From contig JAWKNA010000011.1 in the NCBI GenBank assembly GCA_041391925.1, positions 25,719 through 89,718 of the forward strand: a DNA stretch of 64,000 nucleotides, written 5' to 3'. The position numbers and the translations under genes were made by a program. The notes beneath the pieces were generated by a model. It made no database searches. It was given only the letters and a program-made list of their open reading frames with translations, and was not told where the DNA came from. This document shows positions 39,846-50,258 of the stretch, piece by piece (within the stretch, counting starts at the first letter, position 1; every line of letters starts with the position of its first letter). The DNA is from Gelidibacter sp. GTDB taxonomy: Bacteria; Bacteroidota; Bacteroidia; Flavobacteriales; Flavobacteriaceae.

Positions 39846-40480
39846 GCCATTGGTTAGTGTATAGTGTTGGTTTTATTGCCCAGCTTTTATTTTCATCAAG
39901 GCTTGTGATTCAATGGATAGCTTCGGAAAAGCAACAAAAAGTTATAACGCCAACTACATTTTGGACTTTGAGTTTAGTGGCATCCTTGCTGTTGTTTGTA
40001 TATGGTTATTTGCGACAGGATTTCGCCATTATGTTGGGACAGGCATTGACCTATTTTATCTACATCAGGAATCTACAATTACAAGGCGAATGGAAAAAAA
40101 TTCCAGCTATTCTTCAATGGGTTTTACTTCTTGTACCGTCTTTGGTAGTGGTGTATTACTTCAATAACAATAAGATTGATGTCAATTTACTGTTTAAAAA
40201 TGAAGAGATTCCGTTTTGGCTTTTGGTTTTAGGGATTGTCTCCCAAGTCATTTTTACTTTCCGATTCATTTATCAATGGTTATATTCCGAACATAAAAAA
40301 GTGTCCGCTTTGCCATTTGGGTTTTGGCTTTTAAGCCTTGTAGGCGCATTATTGATTCTCACCTATGCCATTTTCAGGAAAGATCCTGTTTTGTTCGTAG
40401 GTCATGGATTGGGTTCTATTATTTACACCCGAAATCTCTTTTTAATACACAAAAACAATGCTCAAGGCCCTTCAAAATAA
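39842..40480 (+). CDS. Tandem LAB_N (lipid A biosynthesis N-terminal) membrane protein
   Basis: Two copies of F..R...QW..SE....FW.LSL.G...Y...R.D. Confidence 0.85.
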   Translation: MSHWLVYSVGFIAQLLFSSRLVIQWIASEKQQKVITPTTFWTLSLVASLLLFVYGYLRQDFAIMLGQALTYFIYIRNLQLQGEWKKIPAILQWVLLLVPSLVVVYYFNNNKIDVNLLFKNEEIPFWLLVLGIVSQVIFTFRFIYQWLYSEHKKVSALPFGFWLLSLVGALLILTYAIFRKDPVLFVGHGLGSIIYTRNLFLIHKNNAQGPSK

Positions 40481-42080
40481 GCCAATTATTCCATTGACAA
40501 TTATAGTGGTCCTAATGCTTGCATTTAGTATTGATTGTGTTCCTGTGAGCATTATGGAGGCACGGAATTTTATTACTGCTAGGGAAATGCTTACAGATGG
40601 TAATTGGTTGTTGACCACTATGAATGGCGAAGCACGCTACGAAAAGCCCCCTTTGCCAACATGGATGACAGCGATTTTCGGATGGATTTTTGGGCTTAAA
40701 AGTTTATTGGCACTTCGGTTTCCAGCTATTATATTTATTGCTGTTATTGGAATCTTTATCTATTTATTGTCCAAAAAAATTTTAGAAGACAAAGCACATA
40801 GTTTCACGAATGCATTGATTGGAATTACCTCATTTTATGTGATTGGAATAACACTTGAGGCACCGTGGGATATTTTTACCCACGGTTATATGCTCATTGC
40901 CATTTATCATCTTTTTCAGCTCTTTCAAAAACAACATCAGTTTGCAAAACATTCCATTTTGGCAGGTATTTTTATGGGTTGTTCCATATTGTGCAAGGGA
41001 CCAATTTCTATTTATGCATTATTGCTCCCTTTTGTTTTAGCGTACGGTTTTACATTTCGATACAAACAATTTAAACCAAAATTGATTCCTGTTTTGTTCT
41101 GCATTATTTTGGCATTGATTATTGGCGGATGGTGGTACGTGTATGTTAGAATGAGCGACCCTCTCACCTTTGAAGCCATTGCCACTCGTGAAACCAATAA
41201 TTGGCACAGCTACAATACAAAACCGTTTTATTACTATTGGAGTTTTTTCACGCAAAGTGGTATTTGGACTATTCCAGCATTTATCAGTTTGATATATCCT
41301 TATTTAAAAAGTAAGGTGTCTAATTTAAAGGTCTATCAATTCAGTCTGCTTTGGACAATTTTTGCCGTCATCTTGCTGTCACTGATTCCTGAGAAAAAGT
41401 CGAGGTATTTGATGCCTGTCTTGATTCCATTGGCAATAAATATTGGGTTTTATGTGAATTATTTAATTAGATGTTTCAAAATCATGAAAGATAAGAGGGA
41501 AAAAATTCCTGTATATTTTAATTTTGGTTTGATTGCCCTAATTGCCATTTTATTCCCCGTTGCGTTATACTTTTTTGTTGGAGAAAAATTAATGGGAAGA
41601 TGGGTTTTTTTTACCATTACAACCATCATTACTGTAAGTATTGGGATTTTGATTTTGATTAACTTAAAAAAGAAAAACATCCAAAAGGTATTTATGCTTA
41701 CAGTCGCTTTTTTTGTGGCCATCTTCATCTTTGCTTTGCCACTTTTAAAACCGGTCATCGGCACTTCAAATAATCCTATTACAAATCTAGAATATAAAAA
41801 CCTAAAAATTTATGGCCTCAATAGCATTTCACCCGAAATGATTTGGCAGTATGGCGACAAAATTCCACCCTTGAAATCAGAAGATGGTTCTCTCAATTTA
41901 CCATCAGAAGAAAAATTTGGAATACTTTCTCTCAATATGAGCACAAAAGATTTCAAGCTTTTGCAAGCTAAATATGAGATTCAAAAAGTGAATACATTCG
42001 ATTTGAATACTGTATCTCCAAGATCCAAACGGTATAATGACAGACTGGTTAATGAGTTTTATATACTCACTCGGCTTTGA
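40458..42080 (+). CDS. ArnT/PMT-like GT-C glycosyltransferase
   Basis: EARNFITAREM, RYEKPPLPTW, KGP, KKSRYLMP; polytopic. Confidence 0.88.
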   Translation: MLKALQNKPIIPLTIIVVLMLAFSIDCVPVSIMEARNFITAREMLTDGNWLLTTMNGEARYEKPPLPTWMTAIFGWIFGLKSLLALRFPAIIFIAVIGIFIYLLSKKILEDKAHSFTNALIGITSFYVIGITLEAPWDIFTHGYMLIAIYHLFQLFQKQHQFAKHSILAGIFMGCSILCKGPISIYALLLPFVLAYGFTFRYKQFKPKLIPVLFCIILALIIGGWWYVYVRMSDPLTFEAIATRETNNWHSYNTKPFYYYWSFFTQSGIWTIPAFISLIYPYLKSKVSNLKVYQFSLLWTIFAVILLSLIPEKKSRYLMPVLIPLAINIGFYVNYLIRCFKIMKDKREKIPVYFNFGLIALIAILFPVALYFFVGEKLMGRWVFFTITTIITVSIGILILINLKKKNIQKVFMLTVAFFVAIFIFALPLLKPVIGTSNNPITNLEYKNLKIYGLNSISPEMIWQYGDKIPPLKSEDGSLNLPSEEKFGILSLNMSTKDFKLLQAKYEIQKVNTFDLNTVSPRSKRYNDRLVNEFYILTRL

Positions 42081-42642
42081 TAAATTTTCCGATAAAATAG
42101 AGGTTTAATTTATAAAAAACAAATCCATTCAACGCTCCAAAGACCATTCCGCATAGAATATCCAATGGATAGTGAACCCCTATATACACACGACTGTATG
42201 CCATTAAAAAAGCCCAAACAATTAAGATATACAGCAAATATTTAAATCGGTTTTTTAAGGTCAATCCTATAAAAATTGCAGCCGCCATGGTATTTGATGC
42301 ATGACCGGAAAAGAAACCGTATTTGCCACCACAGCCCGAACGAACCAATCGCATCCCATCAATCAGCTCAGCAAGATGGCATGGCCGCAACCTATGAAAC
42401 CCGTGTTTGAAAAGATTGGTCACTTGGTCAGTAACCAATATCATCAACGCGATGACAACAATGGTAATCAACATTGGTTTCTTTCCTATCTGTCTAAAAA
42501 TCAAATATAGCAGCAAAGCATAAAATGGTATCCAATTCCATTTTGATGTATATGCCAACCAAAAAGGGTCCCAAGTTGTGGTTCCCAAACTGTTCAAATA
42601 GATAAAAAGGTCTGTATCGTACTGAAGGATTTGATCAATCAT
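42067..42642 (-). CDS. PAP2 family phosphatase (LpxE/LpxF-like)
   Basis: KHGFHRLRP, FSGH, SRVYIGVHYPLD. Confidence 0.9.
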   Translation of the reverse strand: MIDQILQYDTDLFIYLNSLGTTTWDPFWLAYTSKWNWIPFYALLLYLIFRQIGKKPMLITIVVIALMILVTDQVTNLFKHGFHRLRPCHLAELIDGMRLVRSGCGGKYGFFSGHASNTMAAAIFIGLTLKNRFKYLLYILIVWAFLMAYSRVYIGVHYPLDILCGMVFGALNGFVFYKLNLYFIGKFIKAE

Positions 42643-42869
42643 TACTCATTGTATCTAGAGATTTCCCTGTCGTAAAAATCAGTAGCTTGTTGAATTAAAT
42701 TTTCGGTTTCAGATTCGATTTCCTTTTGGTCATGTTCGTCAAATTCTTCCAACCATTCCACATCATCTGTTTCCAAATTCAGAATGAATCTTGGAAAATC
42801 AGTATGTATGATGTAAATCGCTTCGGGAAAATCAGTATTGTCGCCAAGTATGAATTTTGGTAATTCCAT
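42642..42869 (-). CDS. Small acidic hypothetical protein
   Basis: 75-aa ORF coupled to PAP2 by a stop/start overlap. Confidence 0.75.
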   Translation of the reverse strand: MELPKFILGDNTDFPEAIYIIHTDFPRFILNLETDDVEWLEEFDEHDQKEIESETENLIQQATDFYDREISRYNE

Positions 42870-42876
42870 GGATGCA

Positions 42877-42960
42877 TTATTCGTTATTCGTTATTCGTTA
42901 TTCGTTATTCGTTATTCGTTATTCGTTATTCGTTATTCGTTATTCGTTATTCGTTATTCA
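42877..42960. repeat. Heptamer tandem repeat (TTATTCG)x11 + TTATTCA
   Basis: Read directly; overlaps the MATE stop codon. Confidence 0.97.
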
Positions 42961-44323
42961 AAATTAATTTCTTTGTCAGATAATTAAATCTAATATACAA
43001 CAATATTGCTGCGCTTGTCAATCCTGCTAATAATCCCAACCAAATACCAAGACTTCCCAAAGTCTCTTCTTTTCCACAAAAATAACTAATAGGAAACCCT
43101 ATTGCCCAGTAAGAAATGAACGTAATAATAGTTGGAATCTTAACATCCTGCAAACCACGTAAGGCACCCAAAGCAACAACCTGCATACTATCACTGATTT
43201 GAAACACCGCAGCAGCTATTAGGAGTGTAGCAGCTATACTTACAACTTCGGCATTATCTATCGCATTGATAGGATCATCCAAATTGACATAAATTTTTGG
43301 GAACACATTGTGCAATACCAAAAACATCAAAGCAAAGATGGTGGCAAAAATAATACCCAACAAAAAAATGGAATGGGCAATTCTTCGCAACTCCCTAAAA
43401 TTCTGAACTCCTTTTTGATTACCTACTCGAATCATCGCTGCAACGCTTAAACCTGTGGCGACCATAAAGGTCATGGAAGAAAGATTCAGAGCAATCTGAT
43501 TGGCCGCTTGCGGGTTTTTTCCCAAAATCCCACTCAACCAAATGGCCGCCGTGAAAATTAGGACTTCAAAAAACATTTGCATAGAACTTGGAACTCCCAA
43601 ATTGAATACTTTTTTCAACATGGATTTACTCAAATCGAAAATTTTGATATGAGTTACATAGGCTTTCGATTTTTCTCTTAATTTCAACAACCACCAAAGA
43701 AAAACCAACATAGCAAAACGAGAAATCAAAGTTCCTAATGCTGCCCCAACAATTCCCATTTCGGGGAATCCGAGTTTTCCAAAAATCAATACATAATTAA
43801 AAAAAACATTCAATAGATTGGCAATGATTGTGGCATACATTGGATATTTCACCAATGACAACCCATCACTGAATTGTTTAAACGCTTGAAACACAATGAG
43901 AGGAATCAATGAAAGTCCCACCAAATCCAAGTATGGAATCGCCAATATGACCACTTCTTCAGGTTGGTCCATAACGTACATCAGGGGTTTAGCCAATAAC
44001 AATGTCAAGAAAAGCAAAATACTCAAAACAGTACACAAAAACAGTCCATGTTTGAAAGACGATTTGCCCTTTACAAAGTTTTTTTCAGAATCTGCTTCGG
44101 CAATCAAGGGAGTGATAGCTGTTGAAAAACCAATACCAATAGACATCGCCACAAAAATAAAACTGTTTCCCAATGACACAGCAGCCAATTCCGCCGACCC
44201 CAATTGACCCACCATGATGTTATCAATCAGGCCGACAAACGTATGGCCCAACATACCCAACATAACTGGAGTAGCAAGTTGAAGATTGCGCTTGAATTCT
44301 TTGGTATAATGGCTTAAAATCAC
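42947..44323 (-). CDS. MATE family efflux transporter (NorM-like)
   Basis: DNIMVGQLG, LAAVSLG, NYVLIFGKLGFPEMGIVGAA, GALRGLQD. Confidence 0.92.
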   Translation of the reverse strand: MILSHYTKEFKRNLQLATPVMLGMLGHTFVGLIDNIMVGQLGSAELAAVSLGNSFIFVAMSIGIGFSTAITPLIAEADSEKNFVKGKSSFKHGLFLCTVLSILLFLTLLLAKPLMYVMDQPEEVVILAIPYLDLVGLSLIPLIVFQAFKQFSDGLSLVKYPMYATIIANLLNVFFNYVLIFGKLGFPEMGIVGAALGTLISRFAMLVFLWWLLKLREKSKAYVTHIKIFDLSKSMLKKVFNLGVPSSMQMFFEVLIFTAAIWLSGILGKNPQAANQIALNLSSMTFMVATGLSVAAMIRVGNQKGVQNFRELRRIAHSIFLLGIIFATIFALMFLVLHNVFPKIYVNLDDPINAIDNAEVVSIAATLLIAAAVFQISDSMQVVALGALRGLQDVKIPTIITFISYWAIGFPISYFCGKEETLGSLGIWLGLLAGLTSAAILLYIRFNYLTKKLILNNE

Positions 44324-44612
44324 TTTTAAAATTTAATGCTGCAAAGTTAGTTTTTTGGCTTTCCATATTATAGACTTATTTTCTTTTTTTAAAATACAGC
44401 TGCAAATCATTGATAATTATCAATTTATTGTTAACAAGTTGGAAAAAAAAGATTACTATAAAACAAATCAAAATTTTATTTTTACAACAGACAGTTTAAA
44501 ATGGATGCATTTAGGGTTTTATATCTACAATTCAATTTTTACTGTTTAGAAACATTTTAGCTATTATTTTAGAGGGATTAAAAATTTGCTGTTAAAACGT
44601 TTCAAATTAAAT

Positions 44613-44640
44613 AGGGGAAAAATTATTTCCCCTTTTTTTT
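44613..44640 (+). terminator. Orphan terminator in a divergent intergenic region
   Basis: AGGGGAAA-AATTA-TTTCCCC plus T8. Confidence 0.7.
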
Positions 44641-44713
44641 GTGCCATTTTTAAATTAACAAAATTTTAAAATCACATTGCAGGTCGTTTCGTAAATTGCT
44701 TGAAAATCAACCT

Positions 44714-45634
44714 ATGAAACTCATTTTTACTTTCGCTTTTTTTTTATACTATGCACTATCCATTTCGCAAACTGTAGAACCTTTTTTGGAAACTATTGTT
44801 TCTAAATTTCCAAATGTCCGAGACGTGGCCATTAGCCAAAATAAAGATGAAGTTTTGTTTTCTGCACAAAGTGCAATGGGAGATATGTCAGCTCTTGTTT
44901 GTGTCAAAAGAATAAATGGTGAATGGCAAGAACCTGAAGTTGTTTCTTTTTCAGGTCAGTATTTTGATTTGGAACCTTTTTTTTCCAAAGATGCACTGAC
45001 ACTATATTTTGTTTCCAATAGACCTTTGGATCAAACTTCGGAAACCACAAAGGATTTTGATATTTGGTATGTGCAAAGAGAATCAACGATTTCAGAGTGG
45101 TCACAACCCATCAATATTGGTGCCCCAGTGAATACCGAAATGGATGAATTCTATCCTTCCATTACCGATTCCAAAAATCTTTATTTTACGCTTGACAACC
45201 CTGAATTGAAGCAAAAAGACAACATTTATGTAAGTGAATTTATCGATGGGAGATATACACAACCAAAACAATTGGGAGATGCGGTAAATTCTGAAGGTTA
45301 CGAATTTAATGCCTTTGTTTCGAGTGATGAGTCTTTTATAATTTACACCTGCTATAACAGAGAAGGTGGTTTTGGAAGTGGCGACTTGTATATCAGTACA
45401 AAATCAGAATCCGGCGAGTGGAGTCCATCGAAAAATATGGGCAATCAAATCAATTCTGATAAAATGGAGTATTGTCCTTTTGTAGATGAAACAACAAATA
45501 CCTTATATTTTACCAGCAAACGAAATGCCTTGAAACCAACATTTACATCTCATGTCGATTTAAAAGGCTTGCTGGAAACATTCAACAGTTATGAAAATGG
45601 ATTGAGCAGATTATATCAAGTGAAGCTGGAATAA
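44714..45634 (+). CDS. PD40/TolB-like beta-propeller exported protein
   Basis: Signal peptide; LYFVSNRP, FDIWY, GSGDLYIS, LYFTSKR; ATG 44714. Confidence 0.8.
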   Translation: MKLIFTFAFFLYYALSISQTVEPFLETIVSKFPNVRDVAISQNKDEVLFSAQSAMGDMSALVCVKRINGEWQEPEVVSFSGQYFDLEPFFSKDALTLYFVSNRPLDQTSETTKDFDIWYVQRESTISEWSQPINIGAPVNTEMDEFYPSITDSKNLYFTLDNPELKQKDNIYVSEFIDGRYTQPKQLGDAVNSEGYEFNAFVSSDESFIIYTCYNREGGFGSGDLYISTKSESGEWSPSKNMGNQINSDKMEYCPFVDETTNTLYFTSKRNALKPTFTSHVDLKGLLETFNSYENGLSRLYQVKLE

Positions 45635-45638
45635 ATAA

Positions 45639-46586
45639 TTACCAAGAAAAATCCTTGACATTCTTTTTTGCTTGCTCAAATTCCGTCAATAAATCCGTTA
45701 CGATTTTGGCAGCAGGTTTAATGTCGTGTATCAGTCCTGAAATTTGACCAATTTCCAATTCGCCATCATCCAAATCGCCTTCAAACATCCCCCGTTTGGC
45801 CCTTGCTCTTCCCAATAGCGTTTGCAATTCCTCAACTGTGGGCCCTTTTTTATAAAGTTCTTGCAGCTCGTTATAAAATTTATTTTTAATCATTCGGACA
45901 GGTGCCAATTCCTTTAGTGTCAAATGGGTAGCTCCTTCTTGGGAACTAACGACCAAGTTTTTAAAATTAGGATGTGAAGATGCTTCTTCGCTAGCCACAA
46001 ATCGGCTGCCAATTTGCACACCATCGGCTCCTAAAATCATGGTGGCTAACATTGCTTGGCCAGTGGCAATTCCACCAGCTGCTATCAATGGAATCTGTAA
46101 TTGCTCACGCACCATGGGAATCAAAGTAAGCGTTGTAGTTTCCTCACGGCCATTATGCCCTCCAGCTTCAAACCCTTCGGCAACGACAGCATCCACACCA
46201 GCTTGTTGTGCTTTCAAGGCAAATTTCACGCTGCTAACTACATGTACCACTGTAATATCACGTTCCTTCAACCAACTGGTCCAAGTATTGGGATTTCCGG
46301 CAGACGTAAAGACTATTCTCACTCCTTCCTCAACGATAATATCCATAATTTCTTCTATGTTGGGATAGAGCATCGGAACATTGACACCAAAAGGCTTATC
46401 AGTCGCTTTTTTGCATTTTTGGATATGCTCACGCAACACTTCTGGATACATAGAGCCTGCACCTATCAGTCCTAAAATACCAGAATTACTGGATGCTGAG
46501 GCTAATCGCCAACCGCTCGCCCAAATCATTCCCGCTTGAACAATTGGATATTTGATTCCGAAAAGTGAGGTGAGTTTATTTGGCAT
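45639..46586 (-). CDS. Nitronate monooxygenase / FabK-like flavin oxidoreductase
   Basis: PIVQAGM, AEGFEAGGH, IAAGGIA, GADGVQIGSRF. Confidence 0.88.
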   Translation of the reverse strand: MPNKLTSLFGIKYPIVQAGMIWASGWRLASASSNSGILGLIGAGSMYPEVLREHIQKCKKATDKPFGVNVPMLYPNIEEIMDIIVEEGVRIVFTSAGNPNTWTSWLKERDITVVHVVSSVKFALKAQQAGVDAVVAEGFEAGGHNGREETTTLTLIPMVREQLQIPLIAAGGIATGQAMLATMILGADGVQIGSRFVASEEASSHPNFKNLVVSSQEGATHLTLKELAPVRMIKNKFYNELQELYKKGPTVEELQTLLGRARAKRGMFEGDLDDGELEIGQISGLIHDIKPAAKIVTDLLTEFEQAKKNVKDFSW

Positions 46587-48200
46587 TTATTGTTTGATGA
46601 GTTTGAGATTGACGACTGAATTGTGCGTCTGGAATTTCAAAAGATATATTCCAGCATGTAATGAAGAGACATCCAATGTTTTTACTGATTGATTTAATGT
46701 TCTACTCGAAATCTGTTTTCCAGTAATATCAAAAATGGACACTTGTGAAAATTCCATATTTGATGGCAACTGAAGATAAAGTAAATCTTTTACTGGATTT
46801 GGATACAAATAAATGTTTTCAACTTGCGCTTCCTCAATAGAAAGAGCATTGTCAAGAGCCATACCAAAATCTGGAATTCCGTAGCCTAAAAAGTAATCTG
46901 GTGAATTGTACTGTGAGGCAGATTGCCGTATGTATTGTTTTATTTGGTCACTATTCAAATTCGGCAATGCCTGCATCAAACAAGCCACAGCACCTGCAAT
47001 AATTGGTGAACTGAAAGAAGTGCCATTGTTACTGACGATTGTATTGGTCTCATCAATTACAAACGCCCCTCCTGCACGAGCAACTACATCAGGTTTTTGT
47101 GTAGGCTGAACCGAACTCCCTAGGGAACTGAAGTTTACATAATTGCCATCCGCATCCACACCGCCAATTGTAAAAACACCCTGTGCATCTCCTGGAGCGC
47201 CTACAATCTGCCAACTGTCGTTTCCAGAATTACCAGCAGAATTCACCACTAAAATTCCTTTTTCAGCAGCAATATTGGCACCTCTCGAGATGTAAGCAGT
47301 TGACCCATTCATGTCGCTGTTTGTATAACTGTAATTTGGATTATCATAAGTGGTATAGCCCAATGAGGAGTTGATGACGTGTACACCGAGACTGTCCGCA
47401 CGTTCAGCAGCTTCAACCCAATAACTTTCCTCAACTGGGTTTTCGGAATCGATATCTTCTGTACGGAATAGATAATAAGAAGCATCTGGTGCTGTCCCTA
47501 CATATTGGTCTTGGATGTAAGCAGCCATTGTACTTAATACTTTGGTGCCATGCGTATTGCCTGTATAGGCATATACATTTGGGTTTCTTGTCACAAAATC
47601 GTATCCATTTAGTAAATCACCATTATCGCGTAAGCGTTGGAAAGCTCCCATAGTATTCACATTAGGAAAACCGGCATCGAGGACTGCAATCCTAATACCT
47701 TCACCTGTATAATCCAGAGTGTGTAGAGCATTAATATCAATCATTTCAACTTGGTTTTGGGTGCTGCCATAATTGAAATCAGTCAAAGTTTCTTCCATCT
47801 GAAATTTACCGGTTTGTTGCGAACTTCGACCTGAAGTATCCAAACTATTGTCTGCAAAATCAATGTCATCCACAAAAGGTAAAGCTGTCAAGGCATTGAT
47901 ATCTGCTTCAGTACCTCTAACATGTACCGCGTTGAACCATTTGGATTTTGCCATGACGGAAATTCCAGTTTGGGATTTGAGTTGCGAAATGTATGCTTCA
48001 TTAACTGGCACATCACGTTCGTCAATGATAATGCCTTGGGAATTTTTTCTGTCAATGGCATTTTGGGTAAGAATGGTAATTGGGTTTTGGAGCGATGCGG
48101 CTACATTCACCTTATCAGTCAAATAGACCCATGCATCTTGTTGTGCATAGAATGACATTTGGCAAAAAACCAAGATTAGAAGAAACAATTTCTTTTTCAT
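46587..48200 (-). CDS. S8 subtilisin-like serine peptidase with a T9SS type A C-terminal signal
   Basis: Catalytic D (VLDAG), H (HGTKV), S (GTSFS); CTD YPNPV...IFDITGK...GIYLLK...KLIK. Confidence 0.93.
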   Translation of the reverse strand: MKKKLFLLILVFCQMSFYAQQDAWVYLTDKVNVAASLQNPITILTQNAIDRKNSQGIIIDERDVPVNEAYISQLKSQTGISVMAKSKWFNAVHVRGTEADINALTALPFVDDIDFADNSLDTSGRSSQQTGKFQMEETLTDFNYGSTQNQVEMIDINALHTLDYTGEGIRIAVLDAGFPNVNTMGAFQRLRDNGDLLNGYDFVTRNPNVYAYTGNTHGTKVLSTMAAYIQDQYVGTAPDASYYLFRTEDIDSENPVEESYWVEAAERADSLGVHVINSSLGYTTYDNPNYSYTNSDMNGSTAYISRGANIAAEKGILVVNSAGNSGNDSWQIVGAPGDAQGVFTIGGVDADGNYVNFSSLGSSVQPTQKPDVVARAGGAFVIDETNTIVSNNGTSFSSPIIAGAVACLMQALPNLNSDQIKQYIRQSASQYNSPDYFLGYGIPDFGMALDNALSIEEAQVENIYLYPNPVKDLLYLQLPSNMEFSQVSIFDITGKQISSRTLNQSVKTLDVSSLHAGIYLLKFQTHNSVVNLKLIKQ

Positions 48201-48231
48201 TGCAATTTCTAGGATAAATTATCCATGCAAT

Positions 48232-49419
48232 TTAAGAAATTACTCCCGAACCAACTAATTCACTATCCCTATACCAAGCAACAAATTGTCCTTCGGTAAT
48301 GGCCGATTGAAATTGTTCAAACTCCACATACATACCACCTTCAACTTTATAAAGTGTTGCATTCTGAAGTGGCTGACGATAACGGATTCGAGCTTTAACG
48401 GACATGCTTTGATCTATTTCCAATTTTAGGTCTTCACGTATCCAATGGATTTCGTCTTCCTTTACAAACAAAGCTTTTTTCAATAATCCAGGATGTTGGT
48501 TGCCTTGGCCTGTATAAATGACGTTTTCTTCGACATCAGTATCAATGACGAACAACGGTTCTGCTGTACCACCAACTGCCAAACCTTTGCGTTGCCCTTT
48601 GGTGAAATAATGAGCTCCTTGATGTGTGCCAACAATTTTTCCATCGGTAATGGAATAGTCAATTTTTCGAGTCAGATACTGTAGTTTTTCCTTTGTGGAT
48701 GTAAAATTAGGCTCCGCTTGATGGTAAAAACCTTTATCTTCCGAAATTTCTACAATAACCCCTTCTTTGGGTTGTAACTGTTGCTGCAGAAAATCTGGAA
48801 GTTTAACTTTTCCAATAAAGCACAACCCTTGTGAATCTTTTTTATCTGCAGTCACTAAACCAATTTTTGAAGCAATTTCACGAACTTCAGGTTTTGTCAA
48901 TTCACCAATAGGAAATAAAGATTTGGACAGTTGCTCTTGTGACAATTGGCACAAAAAATAAGATTGGTCCTTATTATTGTCCACACCAGATAAGAGTTGG
49001 TAAATTTGCTTTCCATCTTTTTCGAGGGTTCCCTTACGGCAATAATGACCCGTTGCCACAAAATCTGCTCCCAAGTTGAGTGCTATTTTCATGAACACAT
49101 CAAACTTTATTTCGCGATTGCAAAGCACGTCAGGGTTTGGGGTACGACCTTGTTGGTATTCGTTGAACATATAGTCCACGATACGCTCTTTATACTGCTC
49201 ACTTAAATCAACTGTTTGAAAGGGAATTCCTAATTTGTCCGCTACCAACATGGCGTCATTACTGTCATCCAACCAAGGACATTCATTGCTTATGGTCACA
49301 GAATCGTCGTGCCAATTTTTCATAAACAAGCCAATGACATCATAGCCTTGCTCTTTTAATAAGTAAGCCGCAACGCTTGAATCTACTCCACCTGAAAGTC
49401 CTATAATTACTCTTTGCAT
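48232..49419 (-). CDS. mnmA: tRNA-specific 2-thiouridylase
   Basis: [35 protein letters not shown]. Confidence 0.97.
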   Translation of the reverse strand: MQRVIIGLSGGVDSSVAAYLLKEQGYDVIGLFMKNWHDDSVTISNECPWLDDSNDAMLVADKLGIPFQTVDLSEQYKERIVDYMFNEYQQGRTPNPDVLCNREIKFDVFMKIALNLGADFVATGHYCRKGTLEKDGKQIYQLLSGVDNNKDQSYFLCQLSQEQLSKSLFPIGELTKPEVREIASKIGLVTADKKDSQGLCFIGKVKLPDFLQQQLQPKEGVIVEISEDKGFYHQAEPNFTSTKEKLQYLTRKIDYSITDGKIVGTHQGAHYFTKGQRKGLAVGGTAEPLFVIDTDVEENVIYTGQGNQHPGLLKKALFVKEDEIHWIREDLKLEIDQSMSVKARIRYRQPLQNATLYKVEGGMYVEFEQFQSAITEGQFVAWYRDSELVGSGVIS

Positions 49420-49435
49420 GCTGCAAAATTAAGAA

Positions 49436-49464
49436 ATAAAAAAAAGCAACCGATTAAAGTTGCT
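49436..49464 (-). terminator. Probable terminator downstream of the MORN-repeat gene
   Basis: AGCAAC/GTTGCT stem with an A-run on the + strand. Confidence 0.45.
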
Positions 49465-49496
49465 ATTCTAAATTGCTTGGGTTCTATAGATTACAA

Positions 49497-50204
49497 CTAT
49501 TGTTTGATTGGGTTTTTACTGTGAACGGTAAAATCTTTTTCTTCCTTTAATTCACCATTTTCGTAGTATTTCCAAATCCCATGCTTTTTGTCATTACGAT
49601 ACAATCCTTCTGCCAACAGTTTGCCATCAATGTCATAATATTTAGCCATACCATGCAATTGTCCATTTTTATAGGTAAACTCTTTTAATATATTTCCATT
49701 TTCGGAATACCAATAGGAAATTCCATCTATTTGTCCATTGATATAGATAGACTTTTCGGCAATTTTTCCATTTTCGTAATACACCAATTTCTCCCCCTCC
49801 AAAATACCGTTCTGATTGTAATTTTCAATCATTAATATGCCATTACTTTTGTTTTGGTAATAAATCCATTTTCCGATAAAAAGTTTATCACTCATCATCC
49901 CTTCACTTATCAATTTACCTTTGGATGAAAAGAATTTGACGTTGATTTTATCACTATCTGGAAGAAATTCTCGAGTGGCACTTAATTTACTTTTGCCTTC
50001 AACCAATTTGTAGAATTTAAAGGTGCCAACTTCCTTTCCATGTTCAAATGTACCTTCATATTTAGGTTGGTCTGTTTTTTCAAAATTCTTTTTCCATGGT
50101 CCATGACGCTCACCATTGTTATCTAACTGGTTGAGAACTTGCGAGCTAGCATTTGTTAAAACAAATGTTAAAATAATGAATGTGATAATATTTTGTTTAA
50201 TCAT
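49497..50204 (-). CDS. MORN-variant (YwqK-like) repeat exported protein
   Basis: Repeats of YY.NG...EG.Y.NG..HG.W; signal peptide. Confidence 0.85.
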   Translation of the reverse strand: MIKQNIITFIILTFVLTNASSQVLNQLDNNGERHGPWKKNFEKTDQPKYEGTFEHGKEVGTFKFYKLVEGKSKLSATREFLPDSDKINVKFFSSKGKLISEGMMSDKLFIGKWIYYQNKSNGILMIENYNQNGILEGEKLVYYENGKIAEKSIYINGQIDGISYWYSENGNILKEFTYKNGQLHGMAKYYDIDGKLLAEGLYRNDKKHGIWKYYENGELKEEKDFTVHSKNPIKQ

Positions 50205-50258
50205 TTTGTAAATTAGTTGAACAAAAGTTAATATTAACTCTATTTAAAACTCAAAAAA

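Noticed and set aside
42877-42960. Repeat array as CRISPR
   Set aside because: 7-bp units with no spacers and no cas genes.
49497-50204. YwqK-like protein as the antitoxin of a toxin-antitoxin pair
   Set aside because: It has a signal peptide and generic MORN-variant repeats, and there is no adjacent toxin gene.
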